Assembly (NCBI GenBank): GCA_041690595.1
Contig: JAWLHB010000016.1
Span: 1 to 64,000, forward strand
Length of the DNA stretch: 64,000 bases
Reading direction: 5' to 3'
Source of the DNA: Lentisphaeria bacterium
GTDB lineage: Bacteria; Verrucomicrobiota; Lentisphaeria; JABSQK01; JAWLHB01
This document shows positions 48,372 to 59,100 of the stretch, in pieces. The stretch's first letter is position 1, and every line of letters starts with the position of its first letter. Position numbers and translations under genes: made by a program. Under the pieces are notes generated by a model. That model made no database searches, had not been told where the DNA came from, and saw only the letters and a program-made list of their open reading frames with translations.

Positions 48372-49412
48372 ATGACCGATCAGGCCGACCACTACTCGCG
48401 ACCCACCCTGGCGGATATCGCCGAACGTGTTGGCGTTTCAGCCATGACCGTCTCCCTCGCGTTGCGCGGCGAAGCCCGGGTTAGTCGGAAGCGCCGTCAG
48501 GAGATCGAGCGTGTCGCCAGGGAAATGAACTACCAGCCCCAGATTGCCGCGCAACTCCTCCGGCGCCGCAAGACCGGCCATATCGGGCTCCTCATGGGCA
48601 ACGCCGAAATGGTCGATCAGAGTTCCGGCTTCTTCATCCCCATCATGACCCATTTCGTCCGCCTTTGCGAAGAGGAAGGCATCGGCTACCATATCGAGTT
48701 CTTCCAGCGCGGCGACGAGTTCCTGCCGCCCAAGCAACTCGTGGGCGGACTTGTCGACGGTACCATCGTCTCCGGGTATGTTGACGGAGAGTTGCGTGAC
48801 TGGTTGCTGGGGCAGGAGCAGTTCCCATGGGTTGCCATCGAAGAGCCCGCCCCCCTCTCCGTCTCCAGCGCCACCGACCGCGCTGCCTACATGGCGGTCC
48901 AGCATCTGGCCGCCCTCGGCCATCGGCGCATTGCCTACTGCGGCGGCATCCGTTATTCGATGCATCGGCTGGCACGAACCGGATTCCTCCACGCTGCCAC
49001 CGACTTCTCCCTTGCCCTCGAGGACAACTGGCTCTTTGAGACGGAACTCGACGGCATCGACAATGTCCACCAGCGCATCTGCGCCTGGGCGAGCCACCTG
49101 TTGGCCCAGCCATCCCGTCCCACCGCCATCTATGCGCACAGCCTGCGCGTGGCCCGCTGCATCGTCTACGAAGCCTTGCGCGCCGGAGTGCGCATACCGG
49201 AAGACTTGAGCATCATCGGCTACGGCCGCGGTGCCGAGGCGCAGCTCACCGCACCGATACTCTCCCTCATCGAAGCCGATTTCGCCACCATGGTCGGCAA
49301 ATCCGTCGACCTCCTGCGCAAACGCATCGATGGCAAGCAGGTAAAGGATCAGACCCTTTGGGTAGAGCCCCGCTTGAAGATGTACGAAACAGTAGCGCCA
49401 CCCCCCTCCTGA
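48372..49412 (+). CDS. LacI-family transcriptional regulator
   Basis: PTLADIAERVGVSAMTVSLALRG, MNYQP..AAQLL, LGHRRIAY, RIPEDLSIIGY; GGAGA RBS. Confidence 0.95.
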   Translation: MTDQADHYSRPTLADIAERVGVSAMTVSLALRGEARVSRKRRQEIERVAREMNYQPQIAAQLLRRRKTGHIGLLMGNAEMVDQSSGFFIPIMTHFVRLCEEEGIGYHIEFFQRGDEFLPPKQLVGGLVDGTIVSGYVDGELRDWLLGQEQFPWVAIEEPAPLSVSSATDRAAYMAVQHLAALGHRRIAYCGGIRYSMHRLARTGFLHAATDFSLALEDNWLFETELDGIDNVHQRICAWASHLLAQPSRPTAIYAHSLRVARCIVYEALRAGVRIPEDLSIIGYGRGAEAQLTAPILSLIEADFATMVGKSVDLLRKRIDGKQVKDQTLWVEPRLKMYETVAPPPS

Positions 49413-49428
49413 GGACCCCGAAACCATC

Positions 49429-51171
49429 ATGCTGAGTCGCCTTGCCATCATCCTCTCCTGCCTGGGGCTCTCCCTCATGGTCGCCGCGGAAGACGCCGCG
49501 TGGCCCGCCATGCCCCAAGGTGCCGTCGACTGGAGACAGCTTTCGCGGATCAAGGAGCTGCCCACCTTCGACGTCGTGCCCTCCGCCGCCCTCGTTCCCG
49601 TCTGGAAAGGCATCGGCGTTCTGCTCTTCGAAGCCCCAGGCGCCGTCGCGCTGCCATATGCCGCCCCCACTCCCGGTCGCTATCGCGTTACCCTCGGCTA
49701 CCTCGCCGGCGGACGATTCTCGCCTCTTGATGTCAGTCTTGACGACCAGCCGCCAGTCACTCTGCCGGCGAGCGCTGACCCTCGCCCGCTCATCGCCTCC
49801 TTCGAGGCCGACTTCGGCTGGGGCGCCGCCAGACTCATCCTGACGCCAGCCGCCAACTCTCAGTGCGCCATCTTCGGCCTCCACCTCGAACCCCTCACAT
49901 GGGAAGCCGTTGACGCCGCTTCATGGCGCGCGGCCCGCCTCCATGAGGTGGAAGCAACGGCCGCCGCTCCCAGCCAAGCCTGCGCGGTGACCTGGCTGCA
50001 GTCGCCGGAACCTTTCGCCAACCGCTACTTTCGCCTTCGAGCCCCCGCCGGCGCCAGCCTGCTCCTCAACGGCGAACTGATCGGCACAACCGATGCCGGC
50101 GGAACGACTCCGCCCCATCTCGCCAGTTGGACGCACTGGCGCAATCTCGGACTGGCGCGCCTCACCGTGGTTCCTGCCGCCGGCGCCGATGCGACCTTCA
50201 CCCTCGAAACAAGCCCCATGCGCGGCGCCCGCTTCCTGCCCGAGATCCCACCCCACTGCCTCCCCCTCGCGCTTCAGCCGCCGCCCAGCTTCACCACCAT
50301 CACCATGACCAACGGCATCGTTGAAGCCATACTCCCTCTCCCCTCCGTCGAGCATGGCTACTATCGCGGCCACCGTTTTGAGCAGGCAGGGATCATCACC
50401 TCCCTCACGACAGGCGGCCACAGCTACTTCGCCGAGTTTGGTCAACCGCACGATCCCCTGATGCCCGACCATGCCGCCGGTCCCGCCGAAGAATTTCTCG
50501 ACCCTATCGGTTACCATGAGGCCGCCCCCGGCGAACCCTTCCTCAAGCTGGGCGTCGGCCTCTTCCGCAAACCCTCCGATGCCAACTACTTCCACGGCTC
50601 CGCCTACTGGCCGCTGCAACTCCACGATTGGACTACAGACCATCGCGACAACGAAGTCATCTTCGTTCAGGAGGTCGAGCCTCTGCCCGGTTACGCCTAT
50701 CGTTACGAAAAGAGGCTCGTATTGCCGCCGAGCAAAGCAACGCTGCTCCTCGCGCACACCTTCACCAACACCGGTACGAAGCGCATTACCAGCCGCCAGT
50801 ATGCTCACAACTTCATCCGTATCGATGATCATCCCATCGGTCCCGACTACCGCGTCACCTTCAACTTCAGGGCCCAACCCGCCCGCGACGTGCGCGACCG
50901 CCTCAACGTCACCGGCAACGACTATCGTCCGCTGGGACCACAGACCTTCTTTTCCCCCATCCACGGCTGTATGGACATTGCCGATCCGCTGGCAACCTTG
51001 CTTCATGAACCCAGCGGCGCGGCAGTCCGGATCGGCGGCGATTTCCCACCCTGCCGCATCTGGTTCTTCGGAAACGAGCAGAGCATCTGTGTCGAGCCCT
51101 TCTACCTTCTCGATGTCATGCCAGGCGAAACCAAGAGCTGGCAACGCACCTACGATTTCGGTCAACACTAA
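49429..51171 (+). CDS. Secreted protein with C-terminal galactose-mutarotase-like domain
   Basis: Signal peptide; [35 protein letters not shown]. Confidence 0.6.
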   Translation: MLSRLAIILSCLGLSLMVAAEDAAWPAMPQGAVDWRQLSRIKELPTFDVVPSAALVPVWKGIGVLLFEAPGAVALPYAAPTPGRYRVTLGYLAGGRFSPLDVSLDDQPPVTLPASADPRPLIASFEADFGWGAARLILTPAANSQCAIFGLHLEPLTWEAVDAASWRAARLHEVEATAAAPSQACAVTWLQSPEPFANRYFRLRAPAGASLLLNGELIGTTDAGGTTPPHLASWTHWRNLGLARLTVVPAAGADATFTLETSPMRGARFLPEIPPHCLPLALQPPPSFTTITMTNGIVEAILPLPSVEHGYYRGHRFEQAGIITSLTTGGHSYFAEFGQPHDPLMPDHAAGPAEEFLDPIGYHEAAPGEPFLKLGVGLFRKPSDANYFHGSAYWPLQLHDWTTDHRDNEVIFVQEVEPLPGYAYRYEKRLVLPPSKATLLLAHTFTNTGTKRITSRQYAHNFIRIDDHPIGPDYRVTFNFRAQPARDVRDRLNVTGNDYRPLGPQTFFSPIHGCMDIADPLATLLHEPSGAAVRIGGDFPPCRIWFFGNEQSICVEPFYLLDVMPGETKSWQRTYDFGQH

Positions 51172-51191
51172 CCCATAACAGGAGATGGACG

Positions 51192-51923
51192 ATGGTTCTC
51201 CCCACGCGCCCCCACTACACCTTTACCCTCATCGAGCTGCTGGTTGTCGTGGCGATAATCGCCATTCTGGCCTCCATGCTGCTTCCCGCCCTCAGCCGCG
51301 CCCGCGATGCCGTCCGCAGTGCCAGCTGCCAGAACAACCTCAAACAATCCGCTCTGGCTGTTTTTACCTATGCCGACGATTACGATGGATACCCTCCCAT
51401 CGCCACGGGCGGCAATCAACGAGCCTGGTATCAGCAGGTCTTTCTGCAGGTGCATCCCAACATCAATATCAACAACACCGCCTCTCGTGCTCCCTACCGG
51501 CTGCCAAACACCCACCTGATGACTTGCCCCTCCGATCCCGATCCCACCGTCTATGATATCGCCTATAGCTATACCGCCAACAACGCCGTCTGCACGTGGC
51601 AGAATACCAATGGCACCTATTACTCTCCACCCATGCGCATCGGCGCCTTCAAGAAACCTTCCCAGGCCTATGTCGGTTACGACGGATGGGGACTGGGCGG
51701 CGCCGACGCCTTCAACACCAGCAACTGGCATTTCCTTGGTTCCGCTCATTCCTATTGGATCGCCTCCCGCCAGACCGCCCTCGCCTCCGGCAAGCTGATC
51801 GTCCACAGCGGCAAGTTCAATCTCGTCTTCATCGACGGCCACGTCTGGTCGAGTCTCGGCCCGCCCACCATGGAAAGCAGCATCCTCGAAGGCAAGCCCG
51901 ATATCTACTGGGGCGAGTACTGA
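51192..51923 (+). CDS. Prepilin-type N-terminal cleavage/methylation protein (DUF1559-like)
   Basis: [65 protein letters not shown] (H-X9-DG). Confidence 0.9.
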   Translation: MVLPTRPHYTFTLIELLVVVAIIAILASMLLPALSRARDAVRSASCQNNLKQSALAVFTYADDYDGYPPIATGGNQRAWYQQVFLQVHPNININNTASRAPYRLPNTHLMTCPSDPDPTVYDIAYSYTANNAVCTWQNTNGTYYSPPMRIGAFKKPSQAYVGYDGWGLGGADAFNTSNWHFLGSAHSYWIASRQTALASGKLIVHSGKFNLVFIDGHVWSSLGPPTMESSILEGKPDIYWGEY

Positions 51924-51974
51924 GAGACTGAACATGGTGCCCCCACCTTCATCCTCCACGCCAGGAATTCCTTC

Positions 51975-54900
51975 ATGTTTCCACGTGCCCTCCTTCTGCT
52001 CCACGCCATCCTCATCTGCGCCGGAGCCGCCCTCCCCGTGATCACCCAGGCATTCTCCATCCGCCAGGACTTCTGGGACTACACCAGCGCCGAGTTCGGC
52101 GACGGCCGCGCCATGACCGCCTTCGATGCCGACAACAGAACCGGCCCACCTCCCAAAACCTCCGGATGGGTCCAGTACGACTTTGACGTTCCCCAGGATG
52201 GCTGGTACAACCTCTACTTCGAGCAATGGGGTGGGCTCACCCACGAACTCTACGTCGATGGAGTCCGTATCTACTACGGCGGCATCGTCGGCAATCCAGG
52301 CGAAGCCATTCCCAGGGAAGAAGGACGAGTCAAGGCCGCAAACCTCCCGCTCGAGGCCGGAAGCCACACCCTGCGCCTGCAACGCCTCGGCAGAGTCGGG
52401 TTCCCCGGTGGTTTCCCCGCCGCATGGTTCCTCAAGTCCGCCGACCACGATCCCGCCGACACCATCTGCGCCAGAATCGTCGGATTCGATGTCGTCCGCA
52501 AGGGCGAATCCTTCTCCATCTCGATTACCGCCGGCAGACCGCAAATCGCCGACTCCTACGATCTCCTCGCCACCGACCTGATCTCCGGCGAGACCGACCT
52601 GCTTGCCACCGTCCAGATCCCCGCCTCGCCATCCTTCACCACCCAGACGGTTCAGGTGCCGGCCATCCGCGAAGGCGTTTTCCGGCTGCAGGCACGCGTC
52701 GACGGCAGAATCCTTCAGCCGGCGGAGTTCCGCGGCGGCGATCTCTGTGTCATCGACACCACCGCCGCTCCCAAGCCGGGCAGCGAGCAACGAACCCTGA
52801 TCTACGATATCGACTGCATTGCCCAGACCCTCAATGGCCAGCCCATGCCGGAAGGGCTCTTCGTGGAAGCCAATGGCCCCACCGAAGTCGTCCAAAGCCC
52901 CCTCGGCACCTATCGCGAATCCAGCGACGGTCTTGGGCCCGAAGCCACCCCCTACACCGTCAGCCACGAGTTCTCCAAAGCATTCGCCGGTTTCTCCTAC
53001 ACCTTGCGCCTGCCCGATACGCAGAGCACCTGGCTCCTCGAAGTCGATTATCCCGACGACAACTGGCGGCATATCACCTTTCCCATCACCGACTACAGCG
53101 ATCCAGGCAAGGATGGCAAAGCCGAAGGCTTCGTTCCACCCGGCGGCGGGGTCATCTGCGGCGGCATCTTCCCCCTGACCCACCAGATGCAGACCTATCG
53201 ATCCGTCTTCTGGGCAAGCTATCCCAACATCAACGTCGCCGTCGTCAGTCAGAAACTCGGGGCCCGCGCCGCCGCCAGCCGCATTCGCATCTTCCGCTTC
53301 GACGCCCCACTCCCCCCGCTTGCTCCCAATCGCCCCGATGGCCGCATCTATCTCTCCTGGCATGAACAGGCCGACGACTGGGACATGACCGCCAATCTCA
53401 ATTCCCAGCGCAACAAGCAGCCCGACATTCTCCTCGATTACCTCGGGCTGAGCCGCTGGGCAGCCGTGGCAGCCTACAATGGCATGAACGGCCTCGGGCC
53501 CAGCGACATCTCCTATCAGCATTGCTTCTACAACAGTCGTGAGCTGCCCGGCTTCCTCCCCCGCGAATACGACATGGTCCGCATCACCGCCCTCCTCTGC
53601 GAGAAGTACGGCATGGCCTATATCCCCAACACCTTCATCACCCAGATCTACTTCGAAATGGTCGCCATGGATCGACTCGCCGACAATGCCGACCACCTGC
53701 GCTCATGGTCATGGCAGGGATTGCGCGGCGGAACCGACGTCCAGTGGATGACCCGCAACATCCTCCACCCCGCCGTCCAGCAGAAGATGATCGACATCTG
53801 GGGCGAACTGGCCGACAAGCTGCGCGATTCTCCAGCCTTCAAAGGCATCGCCGCCCGCTCCATCAGTTGGCTCTGGGAAGGGCACTGGGCCATTTCCAGC
53901 ATCTACTGGGGCTACGGCGACTGGACCGTCGATCTCTTCAGCCGTGAAACCGGCATCGTCGTGCCCGGCGATCCGGAATCTCCCGACCGCTTCGAGACCC
54001 GCTTCCATTTCCTCACCGCCAGCCCTATCCGCGAACGCTGGCTCGCCTGGCGCTCCGAAAAACTCACCGACTTCTACACTCGGCTCCGCGACCGCATCCG
54101 CGGCAACGATCGGCCGGACCTCACCGTCTACCTCATGGGCACCGAAGCGGTCGACCGCACCCATCTCGAAGAAGCCCAGGGCGACACCACGGTTGAGCGC
54201 CTCCACGGCATGGGGCTCGACCTCCGTGCTCTGGCAGAGTTGGACGGCTTCGCCCTCATCCCCATCACCAATCCCGGGCGCGGCAAGTGCAAGTCACCCC
54301 TCGAAGAACAGGCCCGGCATGACGAGGTTCTGGATCCCGACTTCAAGGCCCTCGCCATCGGCTCCCAGCACGCCCTTCATTTCTGGCCCCAGTACGACGA
54401 GTGGGGATACCCCTTCCCCCTCGACCAGCTCGGCGTTCCCCCCTTCACGACCGGTCAGCGCGGCCGCCACTATTGCGGCACCTCCACCGCGGCCGGACGC
54501 TTCGACCTGGAGCGCCTCGCCGCCGTCCTTGCCGATACCGATGCCACCATGCTCATGGACGGCTCCTTCCGCATCAATCATGGTGACCGTCAGGTGCGCG
54601 GGCCCTGGATCGCCGAATTCAAGCAGCTCCCGCGGCTACCCTTCACCCCGCTCGAAGAAGCACGAGATCCCATCGCCGTCTGGTACCGCGAGTGCCCCGA
54701 CGCCTTCTACTTCTATGCCGTCAACCGCGAGCGCGTCCCGCTCACCATCTCCCTCGATTTCAGCGCCGCCACCACCTTCCAACGATTGGGAACTGGCGAG
54801 AACCTGACCGGTCAACGCGTCACCCTCCAGCTTCAGCCCTTCGAGCTGGCAGCCTTCCGCACCGCCAACGGCATCGCCATCACTGGCGCTCATACCACCA

Positions 54901-56153
54901 TTCCCGAGGCGCTGATCACCCATGTGCGCCATCAGCTTGCCTTTGCGCAACATGCTGCAGCAGCGATCACCGGTAACCGTGCCGCCAGCGTCACCGAAGC
55001 CGAGCGCCGGGACTTCCTCGAGAACCTCGAGCATGCCTGGAATGCTTCCTCGGCTGGCCACCTCTGGCGGGCTCGCACCGCTCTCTCCATGGCCAGGATG
55101 ATGCGCGTGCATCAGGCTCTGGGGCAGTTGCCCAAAGGGCAGGTAGTAACCGCCTTCCCAAACCTGCTGGCCGAGATAGAGACCAATTGGCATCAACCCG
55201 CCGAACCCATCCTCGCCGCCGCCCAGCTCCAGAAACTCCTGGCCCCAGGCAGCGTCACACGCCTACTGCCTTCCCAAACCTTTCATCCACAGTGGCGCTA
55301 TACCGATGTGCTGGTGGCCGATGAAGGCACTCTCGACATCGATCTCGTCCTTCCCTGCGCCGGAGACTATCAGCTCAGCCTGGGACACGTGGCCGCGGAT
55401 CCAGGCCCGATCCTCGTCTCCATCGGCGGCACGCGCTTACCCGTTGCCGCCCAGATCAGGAACCCCAACGAACCGGAACATACCATCTTTCCAAAGGTGA
55501 CGCAGCCCGGCGGCACCGTCAGGCTCAGCCTCCGCTCCGCCGCCCCATTCGGCATCTACGCCCTGCGCCTCATACCCACGTTGCGCCCTCTCGATTCCTC
55601 ACAGTGGGCAACCATCGGCCCATTCCAAAGCTTCTGGCCCGGCGGACACGCCACCAACCCCATGGTCAAGCAGACCTTCGACAAAGTCTACCCCCCTGAG
55701 GTCAAGCTCGACCTCGACGCCTCCTGCATCAATGAATACGGCACCGAACTGCGCTGGCTGACCGTCGACCGTCCCATCGGCGATCGCGAGGAGCGTGGCC
55801 CCAACTTCACCATTCGCGCCAAGTCGCCCTTCCGGGATGTCTGCTTCGCCACCACCACCCTCATCAGCCCCGAGCCCCGGCGCCTCCAACTCCTCCTCGG
55901 CACCGATTGGTGGGCCGATCTCTACCTTAACGGCAAGAAGGTCGAGAGCGATCTCGCACCCGCCACCCAGGCCGAGATTGGCGCATGGTTCACCACCTTC
56001 AAGCCGCGCGCCGTCATCCTCGACCTGCAGGCTGGCCCCAACACCTTGCTCGTCAAGAACCTGGGCGGCAGCCTCGGCAGCTCCTTCGCCGTCTGGATCG
56101 TCGATCAGCACGATCTCACCATCGTTCCCGCACCCAAACTTGCTCGCCGCTGA
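51975..56153 (+). CDS. Secreted 1392-aa multidomain protein, putative glycoside hydrolase (GHL10-like barrel); paralog A
   Basis: Signal peptide; NILHPAVQ, WGYGDWTVDLF, WLAWR; beta-sandwich modules at both ends; colinear similarity to the next gene. Confidence 0.65.
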   Translation: MFPRALLLLHAILICAGAALPVITQAFSIRQDFWDYTSAEFGDGRAMTAFDADNRTGPPPKTSGWVQYDFDVPQDGWYNLYFEQWGGLTHELYVDGVRIYYGGIVGNPGEAIPREEGRVKAANLPLEAGSHTLRLQRLGRVGFPGGFPAAWFLKSADHDPADTICARIVGFDVVRKGESFSISITAGRPQIADSYDLLATDLISGETDLLATVQIPASPSFTTQTVQVPAIREGVFRLQARVDGRILQPAEFRGGDLCVIDTTAAPKPGSEQRTLIYDIDCIAQTLNGQPMPEGLFVEANGPTEVVQSPLGTYRESSDGLGPEATPYTVSHEFSKAFAGFSYTLRLPDTQSTWLLEVDYPDDNWRHITFPITDYSDPGKDGKAEGFVPPGGGVICGGIFPLTHQMQTYRSVFWASYPNINVAVVSQKLGARAAASRIRIFRFDAPLPPLAPNRPDGRIYLSWHEQADDWDMTANLNSQRNKQPDILLDYLGLSRWAAVAAYNGMNGLGPSDISYQHCFYNSRELPGFLPREYDMVRITALLCEKYGMAYIPNTFITQIYFEMVAMDRLADNADHLRSWSWQGLRGGTDVQWMTRNILHPAVQQKMIDIWGELADKLRDSPAFKGIAARSISWLWEGHWAISSIYWGYGDWTVDLFSRETGIVVPGDPESPDRFETRFHFLTASPIRERWLAWRSEKLTDFYTRLRDRIRGNDRPDLTVYLMGTEAVDRTHLEEAQGDTTVERLHGMGLDLRALAELDGFALIPITNPGRGKCKSPLEEQARHDEVLDPDFKALAIGSQHALHFWPQYDEWGYPFPLDQLGVPPFTTGQRGRHYCGTSTAAGRFDLERLAAVLADTDATMLMDGSFRINHGDRQVRGPWIAEFKQLPRLPFTPLEEARDPIAVWYRECPDAFYFYAVNRERVPLTISLDFSAATTFQRLGTGENLTGQRVTLQLQPFELAAFRTANGIAITGAHTTIPEALITHVRHQLAFAQHAAAAITGNRAASVTEAERRDFLENLEHAWNASSAGHLWRARTALSMARMMRVHQALGQLPKGQVVTAFPNLLAEIETNWHQPAEPILAAAQLQKLLAPGSVTRLLPSQTFHPQWRYTDVLVADEGTLDIDLVLPCAGDYQLSLGHVAADPGPILVSIGGTRLPVAAQIRNPNEPEHTIFPKVTQPGGTVRLSLRSAAPFGIYALRLIPTLRPLDSSQWATIGPFQSFWPGGHATNPMVKQTFDKVYPPEVKLDLDASCINEYGTELRWLTVDRPIGDREERGPNFTIRAKSPFRDVCFATTTLISPEPRRLQLLLGTDWWADLYLNGKKVESDLAPATQAEIGAWFTTFKPRAVILDLQAGPNTLLVKNLGGSLGSSFAVWIVDQHDLTIVPAPKLARR

Positions 56154-56176
56154 GCCCAAACCACAGGAACTTGCCC

Positions 56177-59100
56177 ATGCGACGCTTCCTCGTCATCCAT
56201 GCAGCATTTGCCATCATCTTCTCCGCCTTCGCGCAACGCATCGACATCGACGCCGTCGATTTCACCGCCAGCCGCTACCTTTCCGCCGAAGAGCTGACCA
56301 AGATCAGGGAGAAAGGCATCCTCATCGGCACCGGTGAAGTCGATTACCCGATTCAGATCCAGCAGGGCGGCTGGTATGAACTCTGGGTGCAGGCTACCGG
56401 CTGGGCTACCGACCTCTACCTCGACGGCGACTATCTCATCCACACCCCCTTTGCCAGCGGAATCTGGCCTCCCAAAGACAAGCAGGAAAAAGTCCTCAAC
56501 CTCTTCCTGCACCAAGGTGATCATACACTCACCTTCAGCCGGCCTTGGTTTCCCGGACTGCCGTGGATGCGCGGCTTCTCCCTCCAGCCCGCAAGCTCCC
56601 TTGCCGGCCAGGTTCGCCTCGCTCCAATGACCAACGCCCTTTGCTTCCGCCTCGGCCAGGAGGCCCCCGTCAGCCTGAGCGCCGCCAGGCAGCCCGCCCA
56701 GACCGCCGTGCACCTGATCATCACCCGACCGGATGATGACCGGGAGCTCTCCCGCCAGATCGTCCAACTGCCCGCGGGCGAGGGCAATGTCGACCAGCTC
56801 GTGATGCTCCCCACGGACACGGAAGGCGCATTCGATCTGCACGTCAAGGATGCCGACGGCAATCCGCTCGACCGTATCATTCAGTATCTCGTGGTTGACA
56901 CCCAGCAGCGTCCCCCTGCGCCCGCAACCCTCGAACGTGAGCTGGTGCAGACCATCGACTGTGCTGCCGTCGAACCCGATTACGAGCAGGGAGAGACCAG
57001 GGTGATTGCCTCTCCCATCGGCCGATACCGGGAATCCGGCGACCTCGGCCACGTCGAAAACGGCATGAAGGCGCACTGGTTTGCCTACACGCTCGCCTTG
57101 CCCGAGGTACAGGTACCCTACCTCCTCGAAATCGACTATCCCGACGATGACGAGCGCACCTTTACCTATTCCGTCGCCGAAAACAACATGCCAGGTGGAC
57201 GAACACTCACCCACGGCGTCGCCAGCGGCGGCCGCTATTCCCTCTCGGAGCGTATGCAGACCGCTCAGATGCTCTTCTACCCACGCCAGCAGGATCCGCG
57301 TATCCATTTTCGTACCTGGTGGAATGGACAGCGCGCTGCCGCCGCCACCATCCGCATCTATCGCATCCGCGGCGGCTTCCCCGACCTCCTGCCGCCGGAT
57401 CTCACCCCCGAACGAGAGTTCGGGCGCTACCAGGAAGAGCCGATCCGCTTCGTTCAGTGGGGCGCCCGCCAGGAGGGCAATACCTGGCAGAACCTGTGGG
57501 ATCCGGCCGCCCGCGTGGGGGAATACTCGCGCCATGTCGGCGTCAACTTCTGGCAGCCCACCATTGCCATCTATGGCGCTGCCATGTGGCCCAGCAAGTT
57601 CCTGCCTTCTCTCGATCGCGATGCCGACTCATGGGGGGTTGGGGGCGGTGCCACGCGCAAGGAACCCCTTCCCAAGGACACCATCCGCCTCTGCCTCCTC
57701 GCCAGTGAAAAGTATGGCCTGCGCTTTCTTGGCGAACTCTACATGCCCTGCACCCGCCCCGTCGCCCGTCACTACTTCGAAAAGCGCTTTGGCGGTGACG
57801 GCGATATTGCCTGGAACGATCCCACCGCCAAGCCGTGGCTTATCGTCCATCGCACTGGCGGCAGCCCCGGCACGCCCACCTTCAACCCTCTCCATCCCGG
57901 CATTCAGCAATGGGTTGGCGATATTGTCGCCGAGCTGGCTGACCGCTATTACGACTCCCCCGCCTACGCCGGCGTCGCCATCCGCTTCATGAGCTGGCAG
58001 TTCCACGGATGGCAGGGATTCCCCTCCATCGAGTGGGGCTACGGCGATGAAAATATTGCCGCCTTCGAAGCCGACCGAGGATGGCAGATCCCCGTTGACC
58101 AGAACGATCCCGCCCGCTTCCAGAAACGCCACGACTGGCTTCTCGCGAACCACTACGAAGAATGGGTCGACTGGCGCTGCCGCATGATCTACCGCTATCA
58201 TGAGACCCTCGCCCGTCTCCTCACCGACAGACGTCCGGATCTCAAGCTCTACCTCGACCTGCACGGGCCCTCCTTCGGCGCCGACTCCGATATGGATGCC
58301 TACGATCGAAAGGGCTGGACCCGTCTGTTGCGCGAGACCGGCATCGACGTCGAAATGTACCGGAACAACGATGCCATCGTCATTCGCGACCGCCGCCACT
58401 ATCCCCCAGGCATCCGTGGCGTCCGCCAGAAAGAGCCCGTCATGCGGGCCGCCGCCGCGGATCTCTTCTACGATGCCGAGCCCATCCGCCAGACCGCCCG
58501 CATAGATGGTGAAGGTACCATCGCTCAACTCCACTTCGACGCCAATTCCTTTGAGTCGGACATGTTCGAGGCTCGCCAACTGGGCCTCGTCTCCCCCAAG
58601 CCGGAAAGCCACCTCCATGGCGCCGGCCTCGTCTTTCCTGCCGGACGCCACTTCCTTGAACGATACGCCGTCTCCATGGCCGACGGCAATCTCGTCTCCA
58701 TCACCGATGGCAGCCATGGCTACATCAGCCAACCGCCCGACTTGACCCGTGCCTTCACCGCTGAATACCAGCGACTCCCCGCCATCGGCATGCAGAGCCT
58801 CGGCAGCGGTGATCCCGTCGCCCTCTGGCAGGGAGCCCGAGACGGCAAGAACTACTTCTATCTCGTCAACCGTTGCGCCTATGCCGTGACCGCCACCGTC
58901 ACGCTTCCCGAAGGCGCTCGCCTCCGCCGCCTGCTCACCGGCGATCCCGTCGACGCTAATCCCCTGCGCGTCACCCTCGAACCCTATGCCCTCATCGGCT
59001 ATGTCAACGATGCCGGTCAACCGCCCGTGACGATCTCCACCGACGTGCCGGAGGAGGTCGTGGCTCAGCTTCGCACCCAGATTGCCGCCGCCGGCAACCT

